The translations under genes were made by a program, and so were the position numbers. Below are positions 26,501 through 33,929 of a stretch of DNA of 64,000 bases, piece after piece; position 1 is the stretch's first letter; every line of letters starts with the position of its first letter. Under the pieces are notes generated by a model. It was given only the letters and a program-made list of their open reading frames with translations. It searched no databases and was not told the DNA's origin. The stretch is from Fidelibacterota bacterium UBA6531. GTDB taxonomy: Bacteria > Fidelibacterota > Marinisomatia > Marinisomatales > TCS55. The stretch lies in contig DJKX01000049.1 in the NCBI GenBank assembly GCA_002436185.1, positions 14,088-78,087 of the forward strand, given 5' to 3'.

Positions 26501-27249
26501 AAGTGGATGAATTTACCGGAACTTTGTTATGGACACCGGGCAAAGATCAATATGATAACTATGCAATTAAACTGGTGGTGTCTGACGGATATACCAAAGA
26601 TGAGCAATCATTTGAGTTGTATGTGAATCATCCGGCGACAATAGTTTCCCAGGCGCCAAAAGCTGCGCTGGTTGAAGAAATGTATAAATACCAAATTCAA
26701 GTAGAGGATAAAAATGCCGATGCTGAACTCCATTATGAACTTATTAAGGGGCCCCAAGGTATGCAAATGTCTAATACAGGAAAGATTGTTTGGATTCCAA
26801 AAGCGTCCCAAGTGAATAAACATTCATTCGCAGTACAAGTCTCGGATGGGTATCATAAAGACAATCAATCCGGACAGGTTTTTGTCAATATCCCACCCTC
26901 GATTATTTCCAAACCAAAACCTGTGGGCTTAACCGGTTATGAATACCGCTATAAAGTTGTAGCAGAAGATTTAAATGGTGACCGTGTAGCATTTCGCTCA
27001 ATTCGACTGCCAAAATATGCTTCTTTCAATAAAAAATCCGGGCAATTCAAATGGCGGCCCCGCAACAGCCAAGTGGGACCCCATGATGTAATCATCACTG
27101 CCATAGATGTGCGAGGCGCAACAACAACCCATCAATTTCAAATTCACGTATTTGAAAATCCTGACGCCCGCCGTTTCGTGAATACCGGCTGGCCCCTCAT
27201 GCTCACCTTTGTAGGCGTTATGTTTGCCTGGGGTGTGGCGCAGTTCTAA
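23581..27249 (+). CDS. Giant surface-type protein: FG-GAP/VCBS beta-propeller-like region, seven He_PIG/cadherin-like Ig repeats, C-terminal TM anchor
   Basis: 1222 aa, ATGA overlap with the upstream gene, signal peptide IILLIISVVFS. FG-GAP-like loops: GDLDGDGNPELITI, LNMDGDDDQELVV, VDWNNDGFDDIISF, TDWDADGFLDVIAP and ADFDHDTYTDLLLV. The repeated unit is xxP[DEQ]GMxx[DS]xxxGxxxWxP...SDG (for example YTVVEMPDGMRMDPFTGRLRWEP, YTLEEFPDGMEVDEFTGTLLWTP). The protein ends with the hydrophobic helix WPLMLTFVGVMFAWGVAQF. Confidence 0.7.
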   Translation: MKRLSTIILLIISVVFSKDLQIIHMEGTFDLDQDGLYEFAAIEVGQDNGHSVSMIRYYEIDGDGYQQLNWELAAPAGSLGNFVNLKLGDLDGDGNPELITIMNLTDENEERILHPIVYHYPWDGEGFSETPASTLNLSERNTFLRCHNFELLNMDGDDDQELVVSLGSPVRGLAIVDVNEDGQLFITNRLEPETMRFGSGFVYAGAVDWNNDGFDDIISFSPEGNVMKAQPFLNKNGSFIQGEENHITVSGMNGLLNRAVTITDWDADGFLDVIAPFQSGHLIALTLSQAGIDIDNIPNEAGPLSGVQIADFDHDTYTDLLLVSGEMNMMTVSFGAEVPDEKNESYFTLSVDTVDLQIFSALPVMEQGQYTGTSIAAGWDGDETSVFLTDLGLPPPVDKPIVQDTLIDPIDLLDIFPEIEGLEIGSLAAGIKPIKSLGQPLPKGVLPRHVLPVEQLFVYSIPEDEANQFYSFRWLLPPPKGMFFHYETRSIQWVPNGTQLGAYKLAYHVEMKTGEMVELESEEIDSLLTYKVVPHLEGYDERLWIYVNDSPEFISEPIVTEFVANSLFTYSPIINDYNEDANIQFTLDVSPDGMEMDSSGSLYWQTDSSHVNIYDIRIVASDGFDRAAQEFQLFARAGVKILSEADSIIRVNELFKYQVDVWRPDLDQELTYKMLYYPEGMTLSESGLVEWTPATTQIDSHNFAIIANHGVAADTQEVILFVNHPPVIDRAPPPINKVNLGYVWDFQLEVTDPNTNDELTYTVVEMPDGMRMDPFTGRLRWEPTRDEMDFGHLKVEVDDGKDIRTVEADFFINSPIKLVSIPVMQATVGQQYKYKIMTTDLNKGSLLPFDHVVKLEDTEKARIYAVNIADDVYRENVDRYIGDWNAAEVIYLTSQGDMESEEFSRLNLKRYVHSVFWEDDRLIVIIEEKDDRSVNVKDVLWEFFQGSKGKPPKVIVERRSTIRYTLEEFPDGMEVDEFTGTLLWTPGKDQYDNYAIKLVVSDGYTKDEQSFELYVNHPATIVSQAPKAALVEEMYKYQIQVEDKNADAELHYELIKGPQGMQMSNTGKIVWIPKASQVNKHSFAVQVSDGYHKDNQSGQVFVNIPPSIISKPKPVGLTGYEYRYKVVAEDLNGDRVAFRSIRLPKYASFNKKSGQFKWRPRNSQVGPHDVIITAIDVRGATTTHQFQIHVFENPDARRFVNTGWPLMLTFVGVMFAWGVAQF

Positions 27250-27371
27250 TCTAAATTGGTTTTTTTAAATACTTTGTAAAAGGACTGCAGACATTCTTGT
27301 CCTACATTTATTTTGCCTTTAATAAATCTTGTTCTAATAAGAAAAACCGCAATCAAAATGATTATAGCACA

Positions 27372-28403
27372 TTAACATACTAAATCTATTAACTGTTCTT
27401 CGTCTTTTGTATTAAGCGAAACACCCACTGGCAAAGCATAAACTGGCAAGTCTTTTAGATCCTCTAGTTTTGCCAGGTCTTTTTCTGTTGTAATGATTGC
27501 TTGAGCCTCAGCTGCTAAAAACACTTCGCGAATGACTTCCAACTCTATGACCGAATAATCCACATGGTCATCGTGACGGAAATGATGTACATAATCCAAC
27601 CCTGCTTCTTCCAATATAACTTCAAAACTATCCGGATCGCCCACCCCGGACACAGCCACTACAGGGCCATTGAAATCGCTTACGGGTTTTATTGAGTCAT
27701 CTAATCCTATCAACTGCGTATTTAGCATTAGGTTAGACTCCATGGTAAAGCTGCAATATTTGGATACAGAACTGACTAATTTTTCATCGGGAGGTGTCAA
27801 ATTAGCTTTGGTGAAAATAACTGCATCTGCACGCTTAATATTTTTTAACGGTTCCCGGAGAAGTCCGTAGGGCAGCAGTTTTGGGCGACGGTGATTACTA
27901 TTTATCAAAACAATATCCAAATCGCGAAAGACTCGCCTATGCTGGAATGCATCATCCATGAGAATCACATCCGAGTTGTATTCATTGCAAATAAATTGTC
28001 CACCTCGATAGCGGTTTTCATCCACAACAACAGGAATATCACGCAATTTATTAGCTAGCATAAATGGTTCGTCACCGCTACTGTTCAAATCAGATTTAAG
28101 TGTCTTTCCATCGCTTACGACATGCGTTCCGGTTGACTTGCGTTTATATCCTCTGCTCAACACAGCCACATTCAGACCCTTGGCTTTTAATGTATTAGCC
28201 AAAAATAAAACAAAGGGTGTTTTTCCTGTTCCTCCCACAGAAAGATTTCCAGTACTTACCACTTTGCATGGGAGTTTACGGGAAACAAAAAATCCAATAT
28301 TATAGAAAAAATTACGCCAGAAAATGAGCAGCCAATAGAAAAACCCAAAGGGCCAAAGAAGCATTCGATATTTTTTTATAGATTGAGGATCAAACTTCGG
28401 CAC
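27372..28403 (-). CDS. lpxK: Tetraacyldisaccharide 4'-kinase
   Basis: 343 aa with an N-terminal membrane helix, the P-loop GNLSVGGTGKTPFVLFLA, LSRGYKRK and MDDAFQH. Confidence 0.9.
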   Translation of the reverse strand: MPKFDPQSIKKYRMLLWPFGFFYWLLIFWRNFFYNIGFFVSRKLPCKVVSTGNLSVGGTGKTPFVLFLANTLKAKGLNVAVLSRGYKRKSTGTHVVSDGKTLKSDLNSSGDEPFMLANKLRDIPVVVDENRYRGGQFICNEYNSDVILMDDAFQHRRVFRDLDIVLINSNHRRPKLLPYGLLREPLKNIKRADAVIFTKANLTPPDEKLVSSVSKYCSFTMESNLMLNTQLIGLDDSIKPVSDFNGPVVAVSGVGDPDSFEVILEEAGLDYVHHFRHDDHVDYSVIELEVIREVFLAAEAQAIITTEKDLAKLEDLKDLPVYALPVGVSLNTKDEEQLIDLVC

Positions 28404-29034
28404 GATTCTTGGCTTCCTCTTCCAATCTGTTTAGTTTATTTTTTAATATGTTTGAACATTCATCAAAATCGTCATCTTTAGAAAACGACAAAGGTTCACC
28501 AATTAGTAAATAGGTTTTACCAAAGGGCTTTGCCACATAAAAAGTATCCCAGTTTGTAGATGACCAGTGTTTCGAAGCAAAACTCCCTGTTGGCAATATT
28601 ACTGCTCCCGTCCGCATGGCAGCTTTTACAGTCCCAGGTTTTAGTTCTTTAGCCGGTCCTTTAGGTCCATCCGGGGTGATAAACACAAGGGATCCTTTTT
28701 TATTTAATACATTTACAATTTTCGCGTAGGCTTCCCGACCACCATCTGAACTCGATCCTCGGATAGGAATATATCCTAATTTAATAGCAATTCGTGAAAT
28801 GATTTCTGCATCGCCGTGTTTTCCTGCCACACCGTAAGGCTGCTTATCCGCCACATATAAATAGCCCGGTAATAGGTTCCCATGCCATGTTGTAAAAATA
28901 ATGGACTTTCCTTCAGCCCGTAATTTTTCAATTTGTCCATCGCCTTCGATATTCCACCGGTTGGTGCCATAAAGAAACCTCAACACCCACTTGCCAAAAA
29001 ATACACCAAGAAAAAAGAGAATTTTTTTCTTCAT
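28390..29034 (-). CDS. DUF374-type lysophospholipid acyltransferase family protein
   Basis: 214 aa. TTWHGNLLPG and GDAEIISRIAIKLGYIPIRGSSSDGGREA resemble DUF374 proteins commonly found between Kdo-transferase/lpxB and lpxK genes. Overlaps both neighbours. Confidence 0.65.
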   Translation of the reverse strand: MKKKILFFLGVFFGKWVLRFLYGTNRWNIEGDGQIEKLRAEGKSIIFTTWHGNLLPGYLYVADKQPYGVAGKHGDAEIISRIAIKLGYIPIRGSSSDGGREAYAKIVNVLNKKGSLVFITPDGPKGPAKELKPGTVKAAMRTGAVILPTGSFASKHWSSTNWDTFYVAKPFGKTYLLIGEPLSFSKDDDFDECSNILKNKLNRLEEEAKNRAEV

Positions 29035-30149
29035 ATTTTAGTCCTTGATAAAATAGCATCAGCTGCACGATTGTAGGTGCCAGGAATACCTAACGACCTT
29101 CTAACTTCTTCATAACCAAAGAGCATATTTTTCCTTTCGGAAGAATTATTAAGTAGTGGTCGAACAGCATTAGCAAGATTTTCCGGCGTCATTTCATTTT
29201 GTAAAAATTCCGGAACTATCTCCTTTCCGACAATGAGATTGGTCATAGCTGCAAAGGGGACATGTGACAAATTTTTGGCAAGGAGCCAGCTTCCGGTAGA
29301 AAGTTTGTAGCTTACAACGGCTGGAATATCCTGAACTGCAGATTGGAGGGTAGCAGTTCCTGAAGAAGTTAAAACAGCTGTACCATATTCCAGGCAAAGG
29401 CTTGTATCGTCGTTTTCTATTTTCCAGTGAGCGGGAATTGATGATAATGAAACATTAGGTGCTTTGCCGATAATAATTTGAAGATTTTCATCATTAAGTA
29501 AAGCAATAGTTTTTACAAATATAGGAAGATGACGATCTATCTCTTGTTGACGGCTACCAGGGAAAAGGACTAGTAATGACTTGTTATTATCCAAACTATG
29601 TTTCTGGAAAAATGCTTCCTTGTTTATTGAAGGATTGTGGAATTCTGTAAATGGATGACCTATAAAATGAGCATTTACTCCTCGCTGCTCGAACCATTCC
29701 TGCTCAAACGGGAAAATACACAATGCCTGATCAACACATTTACGAATTATATTCACGCGTTTTTCTTTCCATGCCCAGACTTGAGGCATTATAAAATATG
29801 TGATAGGTAACCCCAAAGGATGAATATTTTTTGCCAAACGCAAGTTAAATCCGGGATAATCAATAAGAATTAAGCGATGGGGTTTTATCTCCTGGGTCTT
29901 TTTCAATGTTTTTCCCATTACATTTATCATATAAGGAAGGTGTTTCAACACTTCTGTAAAACCCATCATGGCTAAATCATCCACGTGTTCAAGAATCTCC
30001 ATTCCGGCTGCTTTCATCTTGTTTCCGCCATGCCCAATAAAAGAAGCATTAGGACTTTTTTCTTTTAGAGCAGAAATCAGCCGAGCACCATGTATATCCC
30101 CGGATTCTTCTCCGGCGACGAGAAAAAAGCGAAGGTTTTGATTGTTCAT
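29031..30149 (-). CDS. lpxB: Lipid-A-disaccharide synthase
   Basis: 372 aa. N-terminal FFLVAGEESGDIHGARLISALKE, LILIDYPGFNLRLAK and SGTATLQSA are typical LpxB blocks. Confidence 0.9.
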   Translation of the reverse strand: MNNQNLRFFLVAGEESGDIHGARLISALKEKSPNASFIGHGGNKMKAAGMEILEHVDDLAMMGFTEVLKHLPYMINVMGKTLKKTQEIKPHRLILIDYPGFNLRLAKNIHPLGLPITYFIMPQVWAWKEKRVNIIRKCVDQALCIFPFEQEWFEQRGVNAHFIGHPFTEFHNPSINKEAFFQKHSLDNNKSLLVLFPGSRQQEIDRHLPIFVKTIALLNDENLQIIIGKAPNVSLSSIPAHWKIENDDTSLCLEYGTAVLTSSGTATLQSAVQDIPAVVSYKLSTGSWLLAKNLSHVPFAAMTNLIVGKEIVPEFLQNEMTPENLANAVRPLLNNSSERKNMLFGYEEVRRSLGIPGTYNRAADAILSRTKI

Positions 30150-30185
30150 TATTTATTAATGGCTTTGGAAAAATTAGTTATACTA

Positions 30186-30240
30186 ATCCCTGTTTTCTTC
30201 TTTCCCCTGTAATAGGGGAGAATTATAGAGAGGTTTATAA
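30186..30240. repeat. Degenerate copy of a short palindromic intergenic repeat (see 50121-50230)
   Basis: TCCCCT (30203-30208) / AGGGGA (30214-30219) forms a hairpin inside TTTCCCCTGTAATAGGGGAGAATTATAGAGAGGTTTATAA. This aligns at roughly 80 percent identity (by eye) with 50189-50229. Its reverse complement also shares CTATAATT...CAGGGGAAAGAAGAAAA with 50123-50173. Confidence 0.6.
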
Positions 30241-30274
30241 TAATGATAATATTCATGGATATTATGTTAGATGA

Positions 30275-30850
30275 TTAAACAAACTGTTGACGTAGTGTAA
30301 TTAAAAGCAAAATTAGGATAATATTTTGCAATGTACGTTTTTCAGTCTTAAGCGTTTTTCCGAAGGACATCGGTATTCGATTGTCGTTACTTTTCCAGGG
30401 CGAAAACCTTGGAAACAACTGTGGAACATTTGATTTGTATAATTCATATTCGTTACCAAATAATCCGGATAATGTTTCTTCCTCCAAATCGATAATGAGG
30501 GCATATTGAATGATAAAAAACGCCCACGTAACAAAGAGCATTATCCAAATATTTGGTGCGCCGGCAATGAGAACAATTCCGGAAAAATCGAATAAATTAC
30601 CAATATAAAGTGGATTGCGAACATGGGCGAACGGTCCGGAAGAACAAAGAGCGGGAGCACCTACTTTTATTGTTCTGGTAATTCCTCCGGCATAGCTCAC
30701 CGCCCAGAAACGAATGAACTCTCCCACAACTAAACACCCCAAACCATACCAAAGATATGGCAATGCCGGTTCAGAAAAAAAGATAATCAATATTGCCAAA
30801 GGGATTGGAGTATAACTGCGGTTTTTGAAAAAGAAATTGCGGATGTCCAT
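30275..30850 (-). CDS. ICMT/PEMT-family membrane methyltransferase
   Basis: 191 aa, multi-TM. GPFAHVRNPLYIGNL and the C-terminal EEETLSGLFGNEYELYKSNVP resemble the isoprenylcysteine carboxyl methyltransferase / phospholipid methyltransferase family. Confidence 0.6.
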   Translation of the reverse strand: MDIRNFFFKNRSYTPIPLAILIIFFSEPALPYLWYGLGCLVVGEFIRFWAVSYAGGITRTIKVGAPALCSSGPFAHVRNPLYIGNLFDFSGIVLIAGAPNIWIMLFVTWAFFIIQYALIIDLEEETLSGLFGNEYELYKSNVPQLFPRFSPWKSNDNRIPMSFGKTLKTEKRTLQNIILILLLITLRQQFV

Positions 30851-31839
30851 TAATGTATATCTTCCAAAATCATGTCATGAATTTTGATGGCAACATCCAA
30901 GGCTTCACGGCCCGCTTGGCCATCCACAATAGGTGTTTGCTCTCCCTTAATGGATGAAATAAAATTTGAAAGCTCCATTTCCAATGCATCAAACGGATTG
31001 ATATCCGGTTTTTCATATACAATTTTCTTGTGTTTTCCATAAGCTTCCAACGAAGCAGTCTCCAATGCGGCGGGATCATCTTGGTCTGCATCAAGAACAC
31101 GATAGATTTCTGTAAGGCCCAAAAGGAAATCGATTGTTACATACATATCTTTTTGAAATACCTTAATCTTGCGAACTTTATCCCGGGCAATGCGACTTGA
31201 CGTTATGCTGGCAACGGTCCCATTTTCAAATCGGAGACGTGCATTTGCAATATCCACAGAATCTGACAAAATGGAGACACCGCTGGCGCGAATGTTTTTC
31301 ACCGGTGAATTGACCAATGATAAAATGATATCAATATCATGGATCATCAAATCCAGAACAACAGGCACATCGGTGCCGCGCACCGTATAGGGGGCCAAAC
31401 GCTGGACTTCAATATAGTTTGGATTTATCTCAAAATCTTTTAGGGGCATTAATGCCGGGTTTAGGCGTTCGATGTGTCCTACTTGAATCAGTACCTTTGA
31501 TTTATTAGCCAACTGCAATAGATGATCTGCTTCAACAACTGTTTTAGTAATAGGTTTTTCAATAAATACGTGTTTTCCAGCCTTGATACATTGTTCGGCG
31601 ACCTTGGCATGAGTACGAGTTGGCGTTACAATCGATACTGCATCGCTCCCATTTAATAAATCATCGAACGAATTATATGAATTGCAATTGTATTCAACAG
31701 CTATTTCCTTAGCTCGCTCATAATCCACATCATGGATCCCAGAGAAGGATATTGTATTATTTTTGGACAAATGTTTTACATGGTGTTGACCTAAATGGCC
31801 CACACCTACAACGCCGATTTTTGGGAGATTGGTTTTCAT
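30850..31839 (-). CDS. Gfo/Idh/MocA family NAD(P)-dependent oxidoreductase
   Basis: N-terminal Rossmann motif KIGVVGVGHLGQHH, then FIEKPI and the typical C-terminal alpha/beta domain. I prefer the ATG at 31839; the ORF track extends to a TTG at 31881. The stop overlaps the start of the downstream methyltransferase by 1 nt. Confidence 0.8.
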   Translation of the reverse strand: MKTNLPKIGVVGVGHLGQHHVKHLSKNNTISFSGIHDVDYERAKEIAVEYNCNSYNSFDDLLNGSDAVSIVTPTRTHAKVAEQCIKAGKHVFIEKPITKTVVEADHLLQLANKSKVLIQVGHIERLNPALMPLKDFEINPNYIEVQRLAPYTVRGTDVPVVLDLMIHDIDIILSLVNSPVKNIRASGVSILSDSVDIANARLRFENGTVASITSSRIARDKVRKIKVFQKDMYVTIDFLLGLTEIYRVLDADQDDPAALETASLEAYGKHKKIVYEKPDINPFDALEMELSNFISSIKGEQTPIVDGQAGREALDVAIKIHDMILEDIH

Positions 31840-32033
31840 ATTTATTAAAGAAATTACATTGTTTATTGTACAGTTAACCAATTTTATACAGGTTTCTAAA
31901 CTGCTGGTATGTGCGGAATACCATCGTTAATCAATTCACCAATTTTCTCTTGCTTTTCCTTCAGAAAACATCCAATTTTCATCTATCATTCGAGGTAAGA
32001 CAATCTAAATGAACCGAGGTAAAAGCATTTTCT

Positions 32034-32600
32034 ATGGCGTCTAACGTTAAAACCGGCATTGGTTTTATAATTCCATTCGGAGCCCTTATTGGATTTGTCC
32101 TTTCTGTATTAGCAGAAAATTATGTGCTGGGTATCTTTTTTGCAGTCGCCGGTGTACTGATCTGGCTCCTCTACTTTGCTGTAATGGAGACTGCTGCTCC
32201 GGACATCATGGGGAATTTCATTATTCTGTTTGGTGTATTACTGTCGTTGGCGGTCTTCATGAACTTTGGTTGGGAACAGAACATGTGGGGCGGAATTGAA
32301 TTCAAAGCCGAAGGGTCAGTTATGGCCCTTGTGGTCCTGTTTTTTGGAACCTTAAGCGGTGTATTATACCGCCAGAGATTGTCTGTGGATGGTCAGCAGC
32401 TTACTGCAAGTGAACAAGAATTAGTGGATAAAGCGTTGCAAGGGGACGATGATCCGCGGGTTATTGTGGTCAAGCAGGAAGCTGAAACGAAAGACGATGA
32501 TGAAGAAGATGACTACGACGAATATGACGAATATGATTATGCCTATCCCTATTATTTTGATGAGGATGACGATTATGAATACGATGACGATGATGACTAA
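32034..32600 (+). CDS. Small membrane protein with extremely acidic Asp/Glu/Tyr-rich C-terminal tail
   Basis: 188 aa with four hydrophobic segments, then ...KDDDEEDDYDEYDEYDYAYPYYFDEDDDYEYDDDDD. No family recognised. Confidence 0.6.
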   Translation: MASNVKTGIGFIIPFGALIGFVLSVLAENYVLGIFFAVAGVLIWLLYFAVMETAAPDIMGNFIILFGVLLSLAVFMNFGWEQNMWGGIEFKAEGSVMALVVLFFGTLSGVLYRQRLSVDGQQLTASEQELVDKALQGDDDPRVIVVKQEAETKDDDEEDDYDEYDEYDYAYPYYFDEDDDYEYDDDDD

Positions 32601-32628
32601 ACATTGTCAATATAAATAACAAATATCG

Positions 32629-32659
32629 AAGGGGCTGATTCAGCCCTTTTTTTATTTTT
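32629..32659 (+). terminator. Rho-independent terminator
   Basis: AAGGGGCTG (32629-32637), short loop, CAGCCC (32641-32646), followed by TTTTTTTATTTTT. Confidence 0.75.
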
Positions 32660-32708
32660 CTGTTGAGGGGGGGTAATTATATGTAAGTTCTTGGTAGTTC
32701 GGAGGTTT

Positions 32709-33929
32709 ATGATGATTTTCAGGAAAATAATAGTTCTTATAAAAACCTGTACACTACTTGTGTTCTCTTCTTGTACCCTTTTTGAAGAAGATAATAAACA
32801 GGATGAATCACCCTTTGCTCAAGAAAGCGTAGACTGGCCGTCTTTGGCAAACGCATCGTGGCCGATGTATAAAAATAACCCTCAAAATACGGGTACACAT
32901 TATTCAGGAAATCCAGTTGAAGGTATAAACATTTCGACAAATCAACTTGAAGAGTTTGGTGAATCGTATTCAAATATACTCATTGATGCAGAGGGAAATT
33001 ATATTGTTACAACATTTATGAATAAATCAGTAAAAAAATATTCATTTGCCGATGAAATGCAATGGTCAGTTTCATTTACAGAATTAATAAGCAGTACCCC
33101 GCTTATAAGAGCTGACGGGGATATCATTGCAGCAACGAGTACGGTGAAAGCGATTGATAAAAATGGTAATGTAGATTGGTCAACAAATCTTAATGATTAT
33201 GTTATAGGCTGGTTGAATATTGACTTGGAAGGAAATATACTTTGCGTGGGTTCATCGGGAACGATATATAGCTTAAATAATATTGGAGATGTTGATTGGC
33301 AGCAATCAAATTCATTTAACCCAAACACGAATAACGGAGTTGTCATAAGCCCGGATGGAAATCAATTATACACTGTCGGTAATTCCCTGATAGCATACAG
33401 TACAACAGACGGCAGTTTATTATGGAACATTGAAATTGTTAACAGTACGAATAATCTCAATAGTGCTCCAGCTATAGACAATGATGGTAATATTTATTTC
33501 ATTTCATATAGTAATGAAATGTCCACTTTATGGTGTGTAAATCCAAGCGGATCAATCGAATGGACTGAATCTTTAATTGGGGGAGATTATAATAAGAGCA
33601 CTGCACCCATTATAACAGATAATGGGAATATTGTTTTCAGTATTGAAACTACTCTTTACAGTTTTTCTGTTTCAGGTGAATTACAGTTTGAAGCACTATT
33701 AGCACGGCCCTCCTGGGGTTCTCTGTGTGCTGACAGTGATGGTAACATATATGTCGCTTCAACCACAATAAATGATCCACAGCTAGTAAGTTATTCAAAC
33801 ATTGGTGAAATCAGGTTTAGTAAATCGCTTACTAATAGTGTTGATGGAGGATTATCTTTATCTGCAACAAATTTGTTTTTTATGTCAACAAACCAAACAG
33901 GAAATCAAGTCATATGGATAATCGAGTAA
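32709..33929 (+). CDS. PQQ-like / beta-propeller repeat protein, probably exported
   Basis: GGAGGT sits just upstream of the ATGs at 32709/32712; the ORF track starts at a TTG at 32691. The hydrophobic N-terminus ends VFSSC. Repeated blades: IDAEGNYIVTT, ADGDIIAAT, IDKNGNVDWS, IDLEGNILCVGSSGTIYSL, SPDGNQLYTVG..DGSLLWN, IDNDGNIYFIS, TDNGNIVFS and ADSDGNIYVAS. Confidence 0.7.
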   Translation: MMIFRKIIVLIKTCTLLVFSSCTLFEEDNKQDESPFAQESVDWPSLANASWPMYKNNPQNTGTHYSGNPVEGINISTNQLEEFGESYSNILIDAEGNYIVTTFMNKSVKKYSFADEMQWSVSFTELISSTPLIRADGDIIAATSTVKAIDKNGNVDWSTNLNDYVIGWLNIDLEGNILCVGSSGTIYSLNNIGDVDWQQSNSFNPNTNNGVVISPDGNQLYTVGNSLIAYSTTDGSLLWNIEIVNSTNNLNSAPAIDNDGNIYFISYSNEMSTLWCVNPSGSIEWTESLIGGDYNKSTAPIITDNGNIVFSIETTLYSFSVSGELQFEALLARPSWGSLCADSDGNIYVASTTINDPQLVSYSNIGEIRFSKSLTNSVDGGLSLSATNLFFMSTNQTGNQVIWIIE

